Assembly: GCA_963792415.1 (NCBI GenBank)
Contig: CAWBVY010000001.1
Location: forward strand, 1 to 64,000
Direction: 5' to 3'
Source: Candidatus Deferrimicrobiaceae bacterium
GTDB taxonomy: Bacteria > Desulfobacterota > Deferrimicrobia > Deferrimicrobiales > Deferrimicrobiaceae
Length of the DNA: 64,000 nucleotides
Part shown: in pieces, positions 28,275 to 37,431 of the stretch
Layout of the letters: each line of letters opens with the position of its first letter
Numbering within the stretch: position 1 is the first letter of the stretch
Notes under the pieces: model-generated
Seen by the model: the letters and a program-made list of their open reading frames with translations, nothing else
Told to the model about the DNA's origin: nothing
Database searches by the model: none
Position numbers and translations under genes: made by a program

Positions 28275-29904
28275 TCTTCGGGTTGTCGCCCGGACGGACG
28301 ACGATGACCTTCGCCTGATCGACCCCGAGCGGCTCGTTCACGAAGCGGAGCCGCTGCTCGCCGGCCGGCAGGCGGACGGCGGTCAGCGGGGTCTCCCCGA
28401 GCAGGCGGTCCCCGAGGTAGACTTTCGCCCACGGGATCGCCTGGATCGCCTCCACCGTCCCGATCAGGGGGATCAACTCGGTGCGGAACGCCGGTCCCGC
28501 CCCCAAGGCTTCCGCCGGTACGGATTGCCGTTCGTACCCGTCCTTCGAAAGGACGACCTTCCGGCCCGCGAGTGAGTCCAGGTCCATCGGCAGCGGGGTC
28601 TTCCCGATGGATGCGCCGCTCTCAAGCAGCACGGACGCTCCCGGGGGATCGGTCTCGATCCGGACGATGCGCGCCACGGCCTTGCCTGGAGCCGCCGGCA
28701 AGTCGGGATTCCGCGGAGTCACCCCGGGAGGGGATTCGGGGCGGGCCGATTTCCCCTCCGCGGGAACCGTTGCCGGAACCGCCGCGGGCGGGGCCGGAGC
28801 GACGGGGATCGCCGGGGCCACCGAAACCGGCGCCGCAACGATCGTCGGCCGTTGCCGCACCTCCTTCCACAAAAGGACGCCCCCGACGATGACCGACGCG
28901 AACACGGCGGCAGCGCCCGCCTGAACCGTTCTTCCCCTGCGACCGTACCGCTCTCCCGGTTCCTTGACCATCGCCGAGCGGGATTCCGGCTCCTCGCCCG
29001 GGTCCGGAGCCGTCTCCTCCTCCTGGGGGACGGGAAAGAGGGCGTCCCAGAAATCCGCCACCACCGGGGGCGACGCCGGGGGAGAGGCGACCCGCGCGAG
29101 TTCGACAAGAAACCCCGTCGCGTCGGCATATCGATCCGCGGGGAGCGCCGCGACGGACTTCCGCAGGATCTCCGCCATTCCGGAGGAAACCCCCGGGAGC
29201 GGGAACGTCCGCGCGTTGAACCTGTGGATCCTGTCGAAGACCTCTTCCGGTCCGTCCCCTTCGAACAGCCTGCGACCGAGGAGCAGTTCCACCGAGATCA
29301 CTCCCGCGGCAAACAGGTCGGAGGAGGGGGTCGCCCCTTCTCCGCGGATCCGTTCAGGCGCGAGATACCCCGATTTTCCGCCCCGCGCGCCCTCGTCCGC
29401 CTCCCCTTCCCCTGCCGCTCGGGAGATCCCGAAATCCGTGATTTTCACCGCCCCGTTGCGTGCCACCAGGATATTCCCCGGGGAGACGTCGCGGTGCACC
29501 ACTCCCTTCTCGTGGAGGTACGCGAGCCCCGACCAGATCCCGTCGACCCAGTGACGCCAGATTCCGGGGGGGATGGGGAGGCGAAGCTGGCGCGCCTGCT
29601 CCGCCGCCTGGGCGAGGTTCCACCCATCGACGTATTCCATCGCGAGGAAGTGGGCGTCCCCCTCCCGGCCGAAATCGAACACCTGGACCAGGTTGGGGTG
29701 GGAAAGGGAAGCGGCAAGACGCGCCTCGCGCGAGAACAGTTCGAGAAACCGCGGGTCGTCCGCGTGCCGCGGATGAACCACCTTCAGGGCGACCCGCTTC
29801 CGGAACCCCTGCTCTCCCGAAAGCCGGCACAGGTACACCTGCGCCATCCCTCCCGAGGCGATCCTTCGCAGTACGCGGTATTTCCCGAACCTGTCCGGAA
29901 TCAA
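28240..29904 (-). CDS. Hanks-type Ser/Thr kinase with TM and PEGA-like domains
   Basis: IASGGMAQVY, VALKV, HRDVSPGN, DFG, YLAPE; TM; IETDPPGASV and IPWAKVY PEGA-like repeats. Confidence 0.92.
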   Translation of the reverse strand: MIPDRFGKYRVLRRIASGGMAQVYLCRLSGEQGFRKRVALKVVHPRHADDPRFLELFSREARLAASLSHPNLVQVFDFGREGDAHFLAMEYVDGWNLAQAAEQARQLRLPIPPGIWRHWVDGIWSGLAYLHEKGVVHRDVSPGNILVARNGAVKITDFGISRAAGEGEADEGARGGKSGYLAPERIRGEGATPSSDLFAAGVISVELLLGRRLFEGDGPEEVFDRIHRFNARTFPLPGVSSGMAEILRKSVAALPADRYADATGFLVELARVASPPASPPVVADFWDALFPVPQEEETAPDPGEEPESRSAMVKEPGERYGRRGRTVQAGAAAVFASVIVGGVLLWKEVRQRPTIVAAPVSVAPAIPVAPAPPAAVPATVPAEGKSARPESPPGVTPRNPDLPAAPGKAVARIVRIETDPPGASVLLESGASIGKTPLPMDLDSLAGRKVVLSKDGYERQSVPAEALGAGPAFRTELIPLIGTVEAIQAIPWAKVYLGDRLLGETPLTAVRLPAGEQRLRFVNEPLGVDQAKVIVVRPGDNPKIIVRMTGAGHR

Positions 29905-32147
29905 CTCCCCCGCCTGCCGCCGTCGTCGATCCCCGGCGCCGTCGACCCGATGTTTCTCTCTGACGGCGGGCGGGCGGGGAACTCCATCTCGAACACGGTG
30001 CCCCGCGGCGTGTTGTCCCTCATCCGCACGACACCGCCGTGGTCGTTCGCGATCGCGCTCACGATGGCGAGCCCCAATCCCGTGCCCCCCTCCCGTCGCG
30101 AAAAATACGGTTCGAAGAGGCGGTCACGGTCCCCGGGCGGGATCCCCGGCCCGTCGTCCGCAACCTCGATGCGCGCCTTCCCGGCCGCCTCGTCGTGGGT
30201 GCACGTGACCGTGACGCTACCCCGTTCCTCGAGGGCGGCGGCGGCGTTGTCGAGCAGGTTGGTGACGGCACGACGGATCTGGAACGGGTCGAACCAGAGG
30301 CGCGGCGGCCCTTCCTGGCGGAACTCCCAGAGGATCCCCGGATGGGACGTCCGGTACGTGTCCACGACGGTGCGAATCTCGGCAGGGAGATTCCCCTCCT
30401 CGAGGCGCGGGACCGGCATCCGCGCGAAGCGCGTGAACTCGTCGACCAGTTGCTTCAGGGTGTTCACCTCGGAGAGGATCGCCTGCGTGCACTCGGCGAA
30501 TACGGGGTCATCCGCGTGCGCAGCGGCATATTTCCGCGACATCCGCTCCGTGGAGAGCTGGATCGGCGTCAGGGGATTGCGGATGTCGTGCGCGATCCTC
30601 CGTGCCACCTCCCTCCACGCGAGGACGCGCTGGAGGCGCATCGCCTGGGAAAGATCGTCGAACGCGGCGACCAGCCCCATGTACTCTCCCGCATCGTCGC
30701 GCAGCGCGGTGAGGCTGACCCGGAACGCGATCCGTTTCTCCCCCACGACGAGTTCCATCTGGCGTTCGACCTGCCCCTTCGCGGCCTCCCCCGCCTCGCG
30801 GTAGAGGCTCCGGATCGCCTCGTAATGCTCCTCCCGGAGCACTTCGCGGTACATCCGTCCCACGGCGCCGTCCGTGGAAATCCGGAGAAGGCGTTCCGCC
30901 ACCTTGTTGATCATCGCGATCCTGCCGTGGCGATCGATGACGATGACCCCGGTCGAGATGCTGTGGAGGATCGTCTCGATGAACTGCGTCCGGCGGCGCA
31001 ATTCCTCGAACGTCCGGGTGAGGGAAGCGTTCGTCTCCTCCAGGTTCCCCTTCATCGCCTTCAGGTCCGCCGTCATCCGGTTGAACGAGGCCACGAGGGT
31101 GCCGAACTCGTCGCTGGACTGGTAATCCAGTGAAACGTCGAGGTTCCCCCGGGCGACTTCCTCGGTCCCCTCCGCGAGCAGCTGCACGGGAACGGTGATC
31201 TGCCGCGCGAGGTAGATCCCCATCCAGGATGCCGCGAAGACGATGAGGAGCGTGATGAGGATCAGGATGCCGATGTAGCTGGCGCGGATGGGGTCGTCGA
31301 GGAGCCGCACCTGGTGGTACTCGTCGTACGCCCTTGCGATCTCGTGGATCCTCGCCGTCTCCGCGGGGGGGAGAGGTCGAACCGCCACGACGATGACGCC
31401 TCCGGGGGTGCGACGCCATGCGGCGGCAAACTCGTCCCCGATCAGGGTCTCCTTCCCGTCACCGTTCCCCTGCACCGCCTTGATCCGTTTGAGAACCTCC
31501 GCCCCCACCGTCGGCGGGACCTCGCCGTCCCGGGCGACTTCGGCGTCCTTTTCGAAGAACAGCAGGGCGGTACCGGCGGGGGCCAGGCTCCGGGCGGATT
31601 CGAGAACCCGCGGGAAGGAGGCGGGGTCGACCGTGTTCGACAGCGCCGAAGCGGCGCTCTCGGCGGCCGGGGAAAGGGCCAGTGCATCCGCCTCCAGGCG
31701 CTCCTGGGCGATCTCGATGGCGCCGGTGAGCGCCTGCCCCACCCTGCCGCCGATCCACGATTTGATGCTCGTCGTCGTGATGTTCGTCGCGGCGATGAAG
31801 AGGAGCATCGTCGGAATGAGGGAGAAGCAGATGAAGATGAGGACGAGCCGGGACCGGAGCTTCGCTCCAAGGAGGTTCCGCCGACGGTCCAGGAGGATCT
31901 TGAAGACGTTCCGCGTGACGAGGAAGATCAGGAGGACGACGAAGATGACGTTCAGGTTGATCAGCGCGAAGATGACGATGTTGCTGGAGAACGCGACCGC
32001 CCCGCCCACGGCCGCCAGGTGCGCCTCGAAGAAGGTCAGGACCGCGACAAGGACCGCGACGATCCCGATGGCCCACCGCTCCCTGCGCCGCTTCGCGGGA
32101 TCCTCGACCGGCGTAGGGGTAAGTTTTCCGACCGGAGAAGCGGTCAC
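29901..32147 (-). CDS. NtrY-like HAMP/PAS sensor histidine kinase
   Basis: Multiple TMs, HAMP, PAS, AWREVARRIAHDIRNPLTPIQLS, NLLDNA, GTGLGLAI. Confidence 0.9.
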   Translation of the reverse strand: MTASPVGKLTPTPVEDPAKRRRERWAIGIVAVLVAVLTFFEAHLAAVGGAVAFSSNIVIFALINLNVIFVVLLIFLVTRNVFKILLDRRRNLLGAKLRSRLVLIFICFSLIPTMLLFIAATNITTTSIKSWIGGRVGQALTGAIEIAQERLEADALALSPAAESAASALSNTVDPASFPRVLESARSLAPAGTALLFFEKDAEVARDGEVPPTVGAEVLKRIKAVQGNGDGKETLIGDEFAAAWRRTPGGVIVVAVRPLPPAETARIHEIARAYDEYHQVRLLDDPIRASYIGILILITLLIVFAASWMGIYLARQITVPVQLLAEGTEEVARGNLDVSLDYQSSDEFGTLVASFNRMTADLKAMKGNLEETNASLTRTFEELRRRTQFIETILHSISTGVIVIDRHGRIAMINKVAERLLRISTDGAVGRMYREVLREEHYEAIRSLYREAGEAAKGQVERQMELVVGEKRIAFRVSLTALRDDAGEYMGLVAAFDDLSQAMRLQRVLAWREVARRIAHDIRNPLTPIQLSTERMSRKYAAAHADDPVFAECTQAILSEVNTLKQLVDEFTRFARMPVPRLEEGNLPAEIRTVVDTYRTSHPGILWEFRQEGPPRLWFDPFQIRRAVTNLLDNAAAALEERGSVTVTCTHDEAAGKARIEVADDGPGIPPGDRDRLFEPYFSRREGGTGLGLAIVSAIANDHGGVVRMRDNTPRGTVFEMEFPARPPSERNIGSTAPGIDDGGRRGS

Positions 32148-32716
32148 GGGGTCTTGAGGTCCCCATAGGCCCATTCGGTCTCGACGTCCCACAGGGAGGA
32201 GAAGAAGAAAATCGATCGAAGCGGCTCGGAAAGCCCCACCTTGTCCAGCCGGGCGCGGACGTGCGCCCGGTACCGTTTCCCCTTTTCCACGTCTCCGGTC
32301 ACCGGGACGGCCACCTCGAACCGGGTCATCCGGTCGAGGGCGGCGAGAACGTCCGGAAGCAGCTCACCGCCGTCGTCGCGGTGGAGCCGGTAGACCCGCG
32401 ACAGGGCGTCGTACCGGACGGAGCGGGTGTACTCGACATGCCCCATCGACGGGTTGAACCAGTTCCTGTAGACCCGCTCGACCTTGACGGTGGTCTTGAA
32501 GGTGATCTCGATTCCGGACTTCAACGCCTCGACCATTTCGGGGGTGAACGCGTTCTTCACGATGAAGCGGACCCGGGCCTCGCCGCCCTGGATCGTCCCG
32601 GAGACTTCCGAGATCTCGGGGACGGGCGGGCGGGCAAGGGAACTCCCTTGCAGAAGCCCCATGAGAGACAACGTAAAAATTGCAATCAGGACGCGCACTT
32701 CCACCCCCAGAGGCAT
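32144..32716 (-). CDS. DUF4390-family periplasmic protein
   Basis: EALKSGIEITF, YDALSRVY, WDVETEW; usual neighbour of ntrY. Confidence 0.7.
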   Translation of the reverse strand: MPLGVEVRVLIAIFTLSLMGLLQGSSLARPPVPEISEVSGTIQGGEARVRFIVKNAFTPEMVEALKSGIEITFKTTVKVERVYRNWFNPSMGHVEYTRSVRYDALSRVYRLHRDDGGELLPDVLAALDRMTRFEVAVPVTGDVEKGKRYRAHVRARLDKVGLSEPLRSIFFFSSLWDVETEWAYGDLKTP

Positions 32717-32769
32717 TATACCCGGCCGCCGCGATCGTGCAACAGCCGGCGAAGGCGCCTCGAGGAAGA

Positions 32770-32994
32770 CTATTTCCGGAACAGCCAGAAAAGCAGGGTG
32801 AGGAGCGCGCTGATGATCAGGCACGTCGCAAGCGGAAAATATAAGGTGAAATTTCCACGACGGATGGTGATGTCCCCGGGAAGCCGCCCGATCCAGCCGA
32901 ATTTTTCGGAAATGAGCGAGAGAACGCCGACGCCCGCGATGAGGAGACCGACGAGGATCAGTCCTTTCCCGAGGGAAGTCTGCACGCCGGTCAC
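32770..32994 (-). CDS. DUF2905-family small membrane protein
   Basis: [17 protein letters not shown]; typical position after ruvB. Confidence 0.85.
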   Translation of the reverse strand: MTGVQTSLGKGLILVGLLIAGVGVLSLISEKFGWIGRLPGDITIRRGNFTLYFPLATCLIISALLTLLFWLFRK

Positions 32995-34052
32995 GACTCC
33001 CCGAACAGCGAATCCTGCGAGGACGTCTTCGGGGCCGCGATCCCGAGATGCTTCCAGGCGGCGGGGGTGGCCACCCTTCCCCGCGGGGTGCGCTTCAGGA
33101 AGCCCCGCTGGATGAGAAACGGCTCGTAGACATCCTCGATCGTGTCCCGCTCCTCGCTGACGGAGGCGGAGATCGTCTCCACGCCGACGGGCCCTCCCCC
33201 GAACTTCTCGAGGAGCACCCGCAGGATCTTGCGATCCATCACGTCGAGCCCCTCCCTGTCCACTTCCATCCGCAGCAGCGCGTGGTCCGCGATCTCGCGG
33301 GTGATCGTGCCGTCCCCCGTGACCTGGGCGAAGTCCCGGACGCGCCGCAGGAGGCGGTTCGCGACGCGCGGCGTCCCCCGGGAGCGACGGGCGATCTCCC
33401 CCGCCCCCGCATCGTCGACGGGGATGGAGAGGGCGGCCGAGGAGCGCCGGATCACCTCTTTCAGTTCCTCCGTCCCGTAATACTCCAGACGCAGGGGGAC
33501 CCCGAACCGGTCCCGCAACGGGGAAGTGAGCAGACCGGTGCGCGTCGTCGCGCCGACAAGCGTGAACCTCGGAAGCGCGAGGCGGATCGATTTCGCGGAC
33601 GGACCTTGCCCGAGGATGATGTCGAGGGCGAAGTCCTCCATCGCGGAGTAGAGCAGCTCCTCGACCACGCGTGTCAGCCGGTGGATCTCGTCGATGAAGA
33701 GGACGTCCCCGGGCTCGAGCGCCGTGAGGATCGCTGCGATGTCCCCTTTCCGCTCGATCGCGGGGCCGGAGGTCGTCCGGATCCCCGTCCCCATCTCGTT
33801 GGCGATGATGTGGGCCAGCGTCGTCTTCCCGAGGCCCGGCGGGCCGGAGAGCAGGACGTGGTCGAGCGGCTCGCCGCGGCCGATCGCCGCCTCGATGTAG
33901 GTCCGAAGGTTCGCCACGATCGCGGCTTGCCCGATAAATTCTCCGAACCGCTTCGGCCGGAGGGAGAGGTCGACGGTGTTCTCGCCCCCGCCGGCGGCGG
34001 GATCGACGATGCGTCCGCCCGGAATTTCCGCGTCTCTTCGTTCCGTCGTCAC
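32991..34052 (-). CDS. ruvB: Holliday junction helicase RuvB
   Basis: [38 protein letters not shown]. Confidence 0.97.
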   Translation of the reverse strand: MTTERRDAEIPGGRIVDPAAGGGENTVDLSLRPKRFGEFIGQAAIVANLRTYIEAAIGRGEPLDHVLLSGPPGLGKTTLAHIIANEMGTGIRTTSGPAIERKGDIAAILTALEPGDVLFIDEIHRLTRVVEELLYSAMEDFALDIILGQGPSAKSIRLALPRFTLVGATTRTGLLTSPLRDRFGVPLRLEYYGTEELKEVIRRSSAALSIPVDDAGAGEIARRSRGTPRVANRLLRRVRDFAQVTGDGTITREIADHALLRMEVDREGLDVMDRKILRVLLEKFGGGPVGVETISASVSEERDTIEDVYEPFLIQRGFLKRTPRGRVATPAAWKHLGIAAPKTSSQDSLFGES

Positions 34053-34055
34053 GCG

Positions 34056-34667
34056 TTACCGCCCTCCCGACAGGCGGCGCAACGACTCCCGGATCAGGAG
34101 ATCCGCCGGAAGATCGGCGCCCTTCTCCCGCCGGACGGCCGCGACGGCAAGCTGTGCCTGTGATCTCGGGAACCCGAGGGCGACGAGCGCTTCCGAGGCC
34201 TGCGCTTCCGGCGCCGTCGGGAGATCCGTCGGCTCACCGCCGAGGGGGGTGAAATCGACCGAAACCTTTTTCAGCCGGTCCGGCAGTTCGAGGGCGATCC
34301 GCTGGGCGAGCTTCTTGCCGATCCCGGGCACGCGCGTGAAGGCGGCGGCGTCTTCCCGGGCGCACGCCGCGAGGACGCCCGGAACGGCGAGTACCGACAG
34401 CATCGCCATGGCGGATTTCGGTCCCACACCGCTCACGCCGATCGTCGCCAGGAAGATCTCGCGCTCCGTTTCCGTCGAGAAACCGAACAGGTCCGCGCCC
34501 CCCTCGCGGAAATGGAGATGCGTGCGGAGGATGCAGCTCTCGCCGTCGGGGGGAAGGTCTTTCCGCGTTTCGCCGGAAACGTGCGCCCGGAACCCGATCC
34601 CGGCGCACTCCAGCACCACGAAATCCTTCCCGCCCCCTGCGAGGCGGCCGCGAAGATGATCGATCAT
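34056..34667 (-). CDS. ruvA: Holliday junction DNA-binding protein RuvA
   Basis: MIDHLRG, LFGF, VSGVGPK, VPGIGKKLAQR, ALVALGF. Confidence 0.95.
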   Translation of the reverse strand: MIDHLRGRLAGGGKDFVVLECAGIGFRAHVSGETRKDLPPDGESCILRTHLHFREGGADLFGFSTETEREIFLATIGVSGVGPKSAMAMLSVLAVPGVLAACAREDAAAFTRVPGIGKKLAQRIALELPDRLKKVSVDFTPLGGEPTDLPTAPEAQASEALVALGFPRSQAQLAVAAVRREKGADLPADLLIRESLRRLSGGR

Positions 34668-34751
34668 AGGCGAGCATTCTACCATTTCTTCGTTTGCCGG
34701 ATGCCCTCGGGGGCAAGGGGATGCAAGGAAAGGAAGCCCGCTCCCAACCGG

Positions 34752-34865
34752 CGGATGTCATCCGATAAACAAAATAGCGAAATATGATCATTTCGGCAAA
34801 ATACTTCATGCATCCAGGCAGGCAAACCAGGGGCATCTTGGGGAGGTGCCGAAATTCATCAGGCA
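34752..34865. promoter_or_regulatory. Candidate enhancer (UAS) region
   Basis: CGAAAT-N6-ATTTCG (34778-34795); TGCCGAAAT on both strands (34790-34798 reverse, 34847-34855 forward); AT-rich. Confidence 0.4.
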
Positions 34866-34903
34866 ACACAAGGAGATGAACCCAATTCACTTTCCAACCT
34901 CCC

Positions 34904-34920
34904 TTGGCACGTTCCTTGAT
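34904..34920 (+). promoter_or_regulatory. sigma54 -24/-12 promoter
   Basis: TTGGCAC-GTTCC-TTGAT, near consensus TGGCAC-N5-TTGC/A. Confidence 0.7.
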
Positions 34921-35001
34921 ATTTTCCAGATCAACAACAGGTCCGGAATCGGACGGGGAAACAAATCGCCAACGTTCCAGGGAAAGGAAAGGAGACCCGA
35001 C

Positions 35002-35241
35002 ATGAAGACGGGACAGGGCAACGGGGGCGCTTTTTCATGGAGTGGCATCTGCGAAATCTCGAGGGAGGCGAACAGCCTGTGCACCCTTCTCCCCGATGCA
35101 GGCCGCTGCACGAAAACGCATTTGGCGCACGTCGACTCCGTGCTGCCGGCCTCCCGGGTCCGCGGTTCAAGGAATGCCATCCGCGAGGCGGGTCACCAGG
35201 CGCCGGCCGGGGGGAACTCGTTCCCGTCCTTTGCGAAGTAA
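35002..35241 (+). CDS. Small (79 aa) Cys-containing hypothetical protein
   Basis: AAGGAG RBS; downstream of sigma54 promoter; MKTGQGNGGAFSWSGICEISREANSLC...RC. Confidence 0.6.
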   Translation: MKTGQGNGGAFSWSGICEISREANSLCTLLPDAGRCTKTHLAHVDSVLPASRVRGSRNAIREAGHQAPAGGNSFPSFAK

Positions 35242-35282
35242 ACCGGCCTGGCGGTCGGTACCGGTGAGGCGGTCGGGAACGC

Positions 35283-36827
35283 TCAGCCTTTGCGGATCCC
35301 CAACCGCCTCATCCTTGCGTTGAAGGTGGACCTCTTGATTCCTGCCTTCCGTGACGCGGCCGCGATGTTCCACTTCGTCTGATCCAGAAGGGATTGGATA
35401 TATTCCCGTTCCAGCCCCTCCCAGGTGTATCCGGCCAAAGAATCGGTACTCCGGGATACGTTGCGCTCCTCCTGCAGGGGGAAGTCGCGACCCGGGCCGG
35501 CTGTCGGGGCCCTCTCCGGCGTCCGGTTGAGAAGCATCGTGAGGTCGGCCGGCAGAATGGTATCTCCGCGCGTCACGGTGACAAGGTACTTGACCAGATT
35601 CTCCATCTCCCGGATATTCCCGGGCCAAGGGTATTCCGTCAGCATTCCCATGACTTCCGGCGATATCTTTATCGGTTCCCTGCCCGGCGCCCGGCCGAAA
35701 CGCCGCAGGAAGTGGGAAAGCAGCAGGGGGATATCCTCCTTCCGGCTCCGGAGAGGAGGCATCACCAACGGAAGCACATTGAGGCGGAAATACAGGTCCT
35801 CCCGGAACAGGCCCGATTCGACGCACCGGGTCATATTCCTGTTCGTGGCGGAAAGGATGCGCATGTCCACCCTTCGAAACTCGGTGCTCCCCAGCGGCTT
35901 GATCTCGTTGCTTTGCAGCACATGTAGGATCTTGGCCTGCAGGCCCAGGGGCATGTCCCCGATCTCGTCCAGGAAGACGGTCCCTCCGCGCGCCGCTTCG
36001 AAAAGCCCGACCTTGTCCCGCGTCGCCCCGGTAAATGCCCCCTTCCGGTATCCGAACAGTTCGCTCTCCAGGAGGGTGTCCGGAATCGCGCTGCAATTCT
36101 GGGCGAGAAAGGGACTGTCCCGCCGCGCCCCGAGCCGGTGGATCTCCCGGGCGACGAGTTCCTTGCCGGTCCCGCTCTCGCCGGTGATCATGACCGGGAA
36201 ATCGTTGCCGGCATAGGTCTCGGCGGTCCGGAGGACCGTCTGCAACGCCTGGCTCCGCCCGACGATCGCCGGCGGGGACCGGACCTCTTCCAGGATCTTC
36301 TTCAACTCGACGTTCCGTTGCTGGTGTTCCTCAAGGACCAGGGAGGCGCCAAGGGCGATCCCTCCCGCGGTCACGAGCCCTTCCATCAGCTCAAGATAGC
36401 CGGGAGCCAGATTCAGCCGCTTCCCCCCGGCGCTGGTATCGATGATCTGCACGGCCCCGTACACCGAGCCATCCTTCAATTTCAGGGGAAAACACAGGAT
36501 CAGCGTGCTTTTTACGTCGAAGCTGTTTTCGACCTCCTTGAAATGGTTGGGATCCTTCCCCGCCTGGGCGATCTTCATCTTTCCCGTCTCGATTACGGAC
36601 CCCACGATGCTCGGACGGGTGGCGCTGACGGCGACTCCCTTTATTTTATCTTTATCGGGGCCGATCGACTCGGAACATACGTAGCTGTCCCCTCTCCGGA
36701 TCCACATCGACCCCCTCTCGACGTTCTGGATCTGCGTCAAGGCTTCGAGAAACCTGGCCGGGAAGCGGTCGGGATCCAGTTTCTCGAACAGGGACTGGAT
36801 GAAGACAAGGGGCAGATTCTGGGTCAT
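35283..36827 (-). CDS. GAF-domain sigma54-dependent enhancer-binding activator
   Basis: N-terminal GAF (SIVGSV..TG, DPNHF, LILCFPL, GAVQII); GESGTGKE, GAFTGA, WPGNIRE; HTH. Confidence 0.9.
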   Translation of the reverse strand: MTQNLPLVFIQSLFEKLDPDRFPARFLEALTQIQNVERGSMWIRRGDSYVCSESIGPDKDKIKGVAVSATRPSIVGSVIETGKMKIAQAGKDPNHFKEVENSFDVKSTLILCFPLKLKDGSVYGAVQIIDTSAGGKRLNLAPGYLELMEGLVTAGGIALGASLVLEEHQQRNVELKKILEEVRSPPAIVGRSQALQTVLRTAETYAGNDFPVMITGESGTGKELVAREIHRLGARRDSPFLAQNCSAIPDTLLESELFGYRKGAFTGATRDKVGLFEAARGGTVFLDEIGDMPLGLQAKILHVLQSNEIKPLGSTEFRRVDMRILSATNRNMTRCVESGLFREDLYFRLNVLPLVMPPLRSRKEDIPLLLSHFLRRFGRAPGREPIKISPEVMGMLTEYPWPGNIREMENLVKYLVTVTRGDTILPADLTMLLNRTPERAPTAGPGRDFPLQEERNVSRSTDSLAGYTWEGLEREYIQSLLDQTKWNIAAASRKAGIKRSTFNARMRRLGIRKG

Positions 36828-36903
36828 CCTCTCACCCGCGGACCCGGCGCGAACCGGGCTTTTCGAAGCGATTCTTCCATCATGGATCGGATCCCGTCGC
36901 TCC

Positions 36904-37296
36904 TTACGGGCAGCGGTACCGGGAGGATAGCCGATCCATCGGGTATGGATAGCAAATGCAGGTAGCTTCCTTCGAAAACGATGATCGGTCCGGGGTAGAT
37001 TCCCTCGATTCGTTTCCGCTTGTTTTCCCAGTTCGATGGGGAACTGTTGGTTGGGGAGAGCTTCCGCGTTGTTGCCATCCACGGTCGCGGAAACATTCTG
37101 CAAAGTTCGAATCGTACAGTGATCTTCATTTTTTTTACTTTTCCGTCGGTGCATCCTTCACATCGATTATCCACTTCTCCGCGCTCACCACTACCGGTTG
37201 GGCAATGAACATGACGGCTGCCGCAATCGCCAGGAACGCGACGATGAACCCCCGGGTCCATCTCTTCTCCGTGACCGATCTCCTCGGCGTGACCAT
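36904..37296 (-). CDS. Probable small secreted protein, apparently frameshifted (53-aa ORF as sequenced)
   Basis: GGAGGG RBS and signal peptide (FIVAFLAIAAAVMFIAQPVVVSA); coding-like segments continue in other frames to TCICYP...YRCP-stop at 36904. Confidence 0.45.
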
Positions 37297-37431
37297 GCTT
37301 CCCTCCTTTTTCTGTCCGGACGGTTGATACGACAAGGCATGCCGCTCCTCCCAGTGCCGCGCCTGATCCTCGCTGTGAGGCCCTCCTTTCCCGTTCGAAT
37401 ATATTCCCGCCCCCCGGGACGCCCGCCGGTT

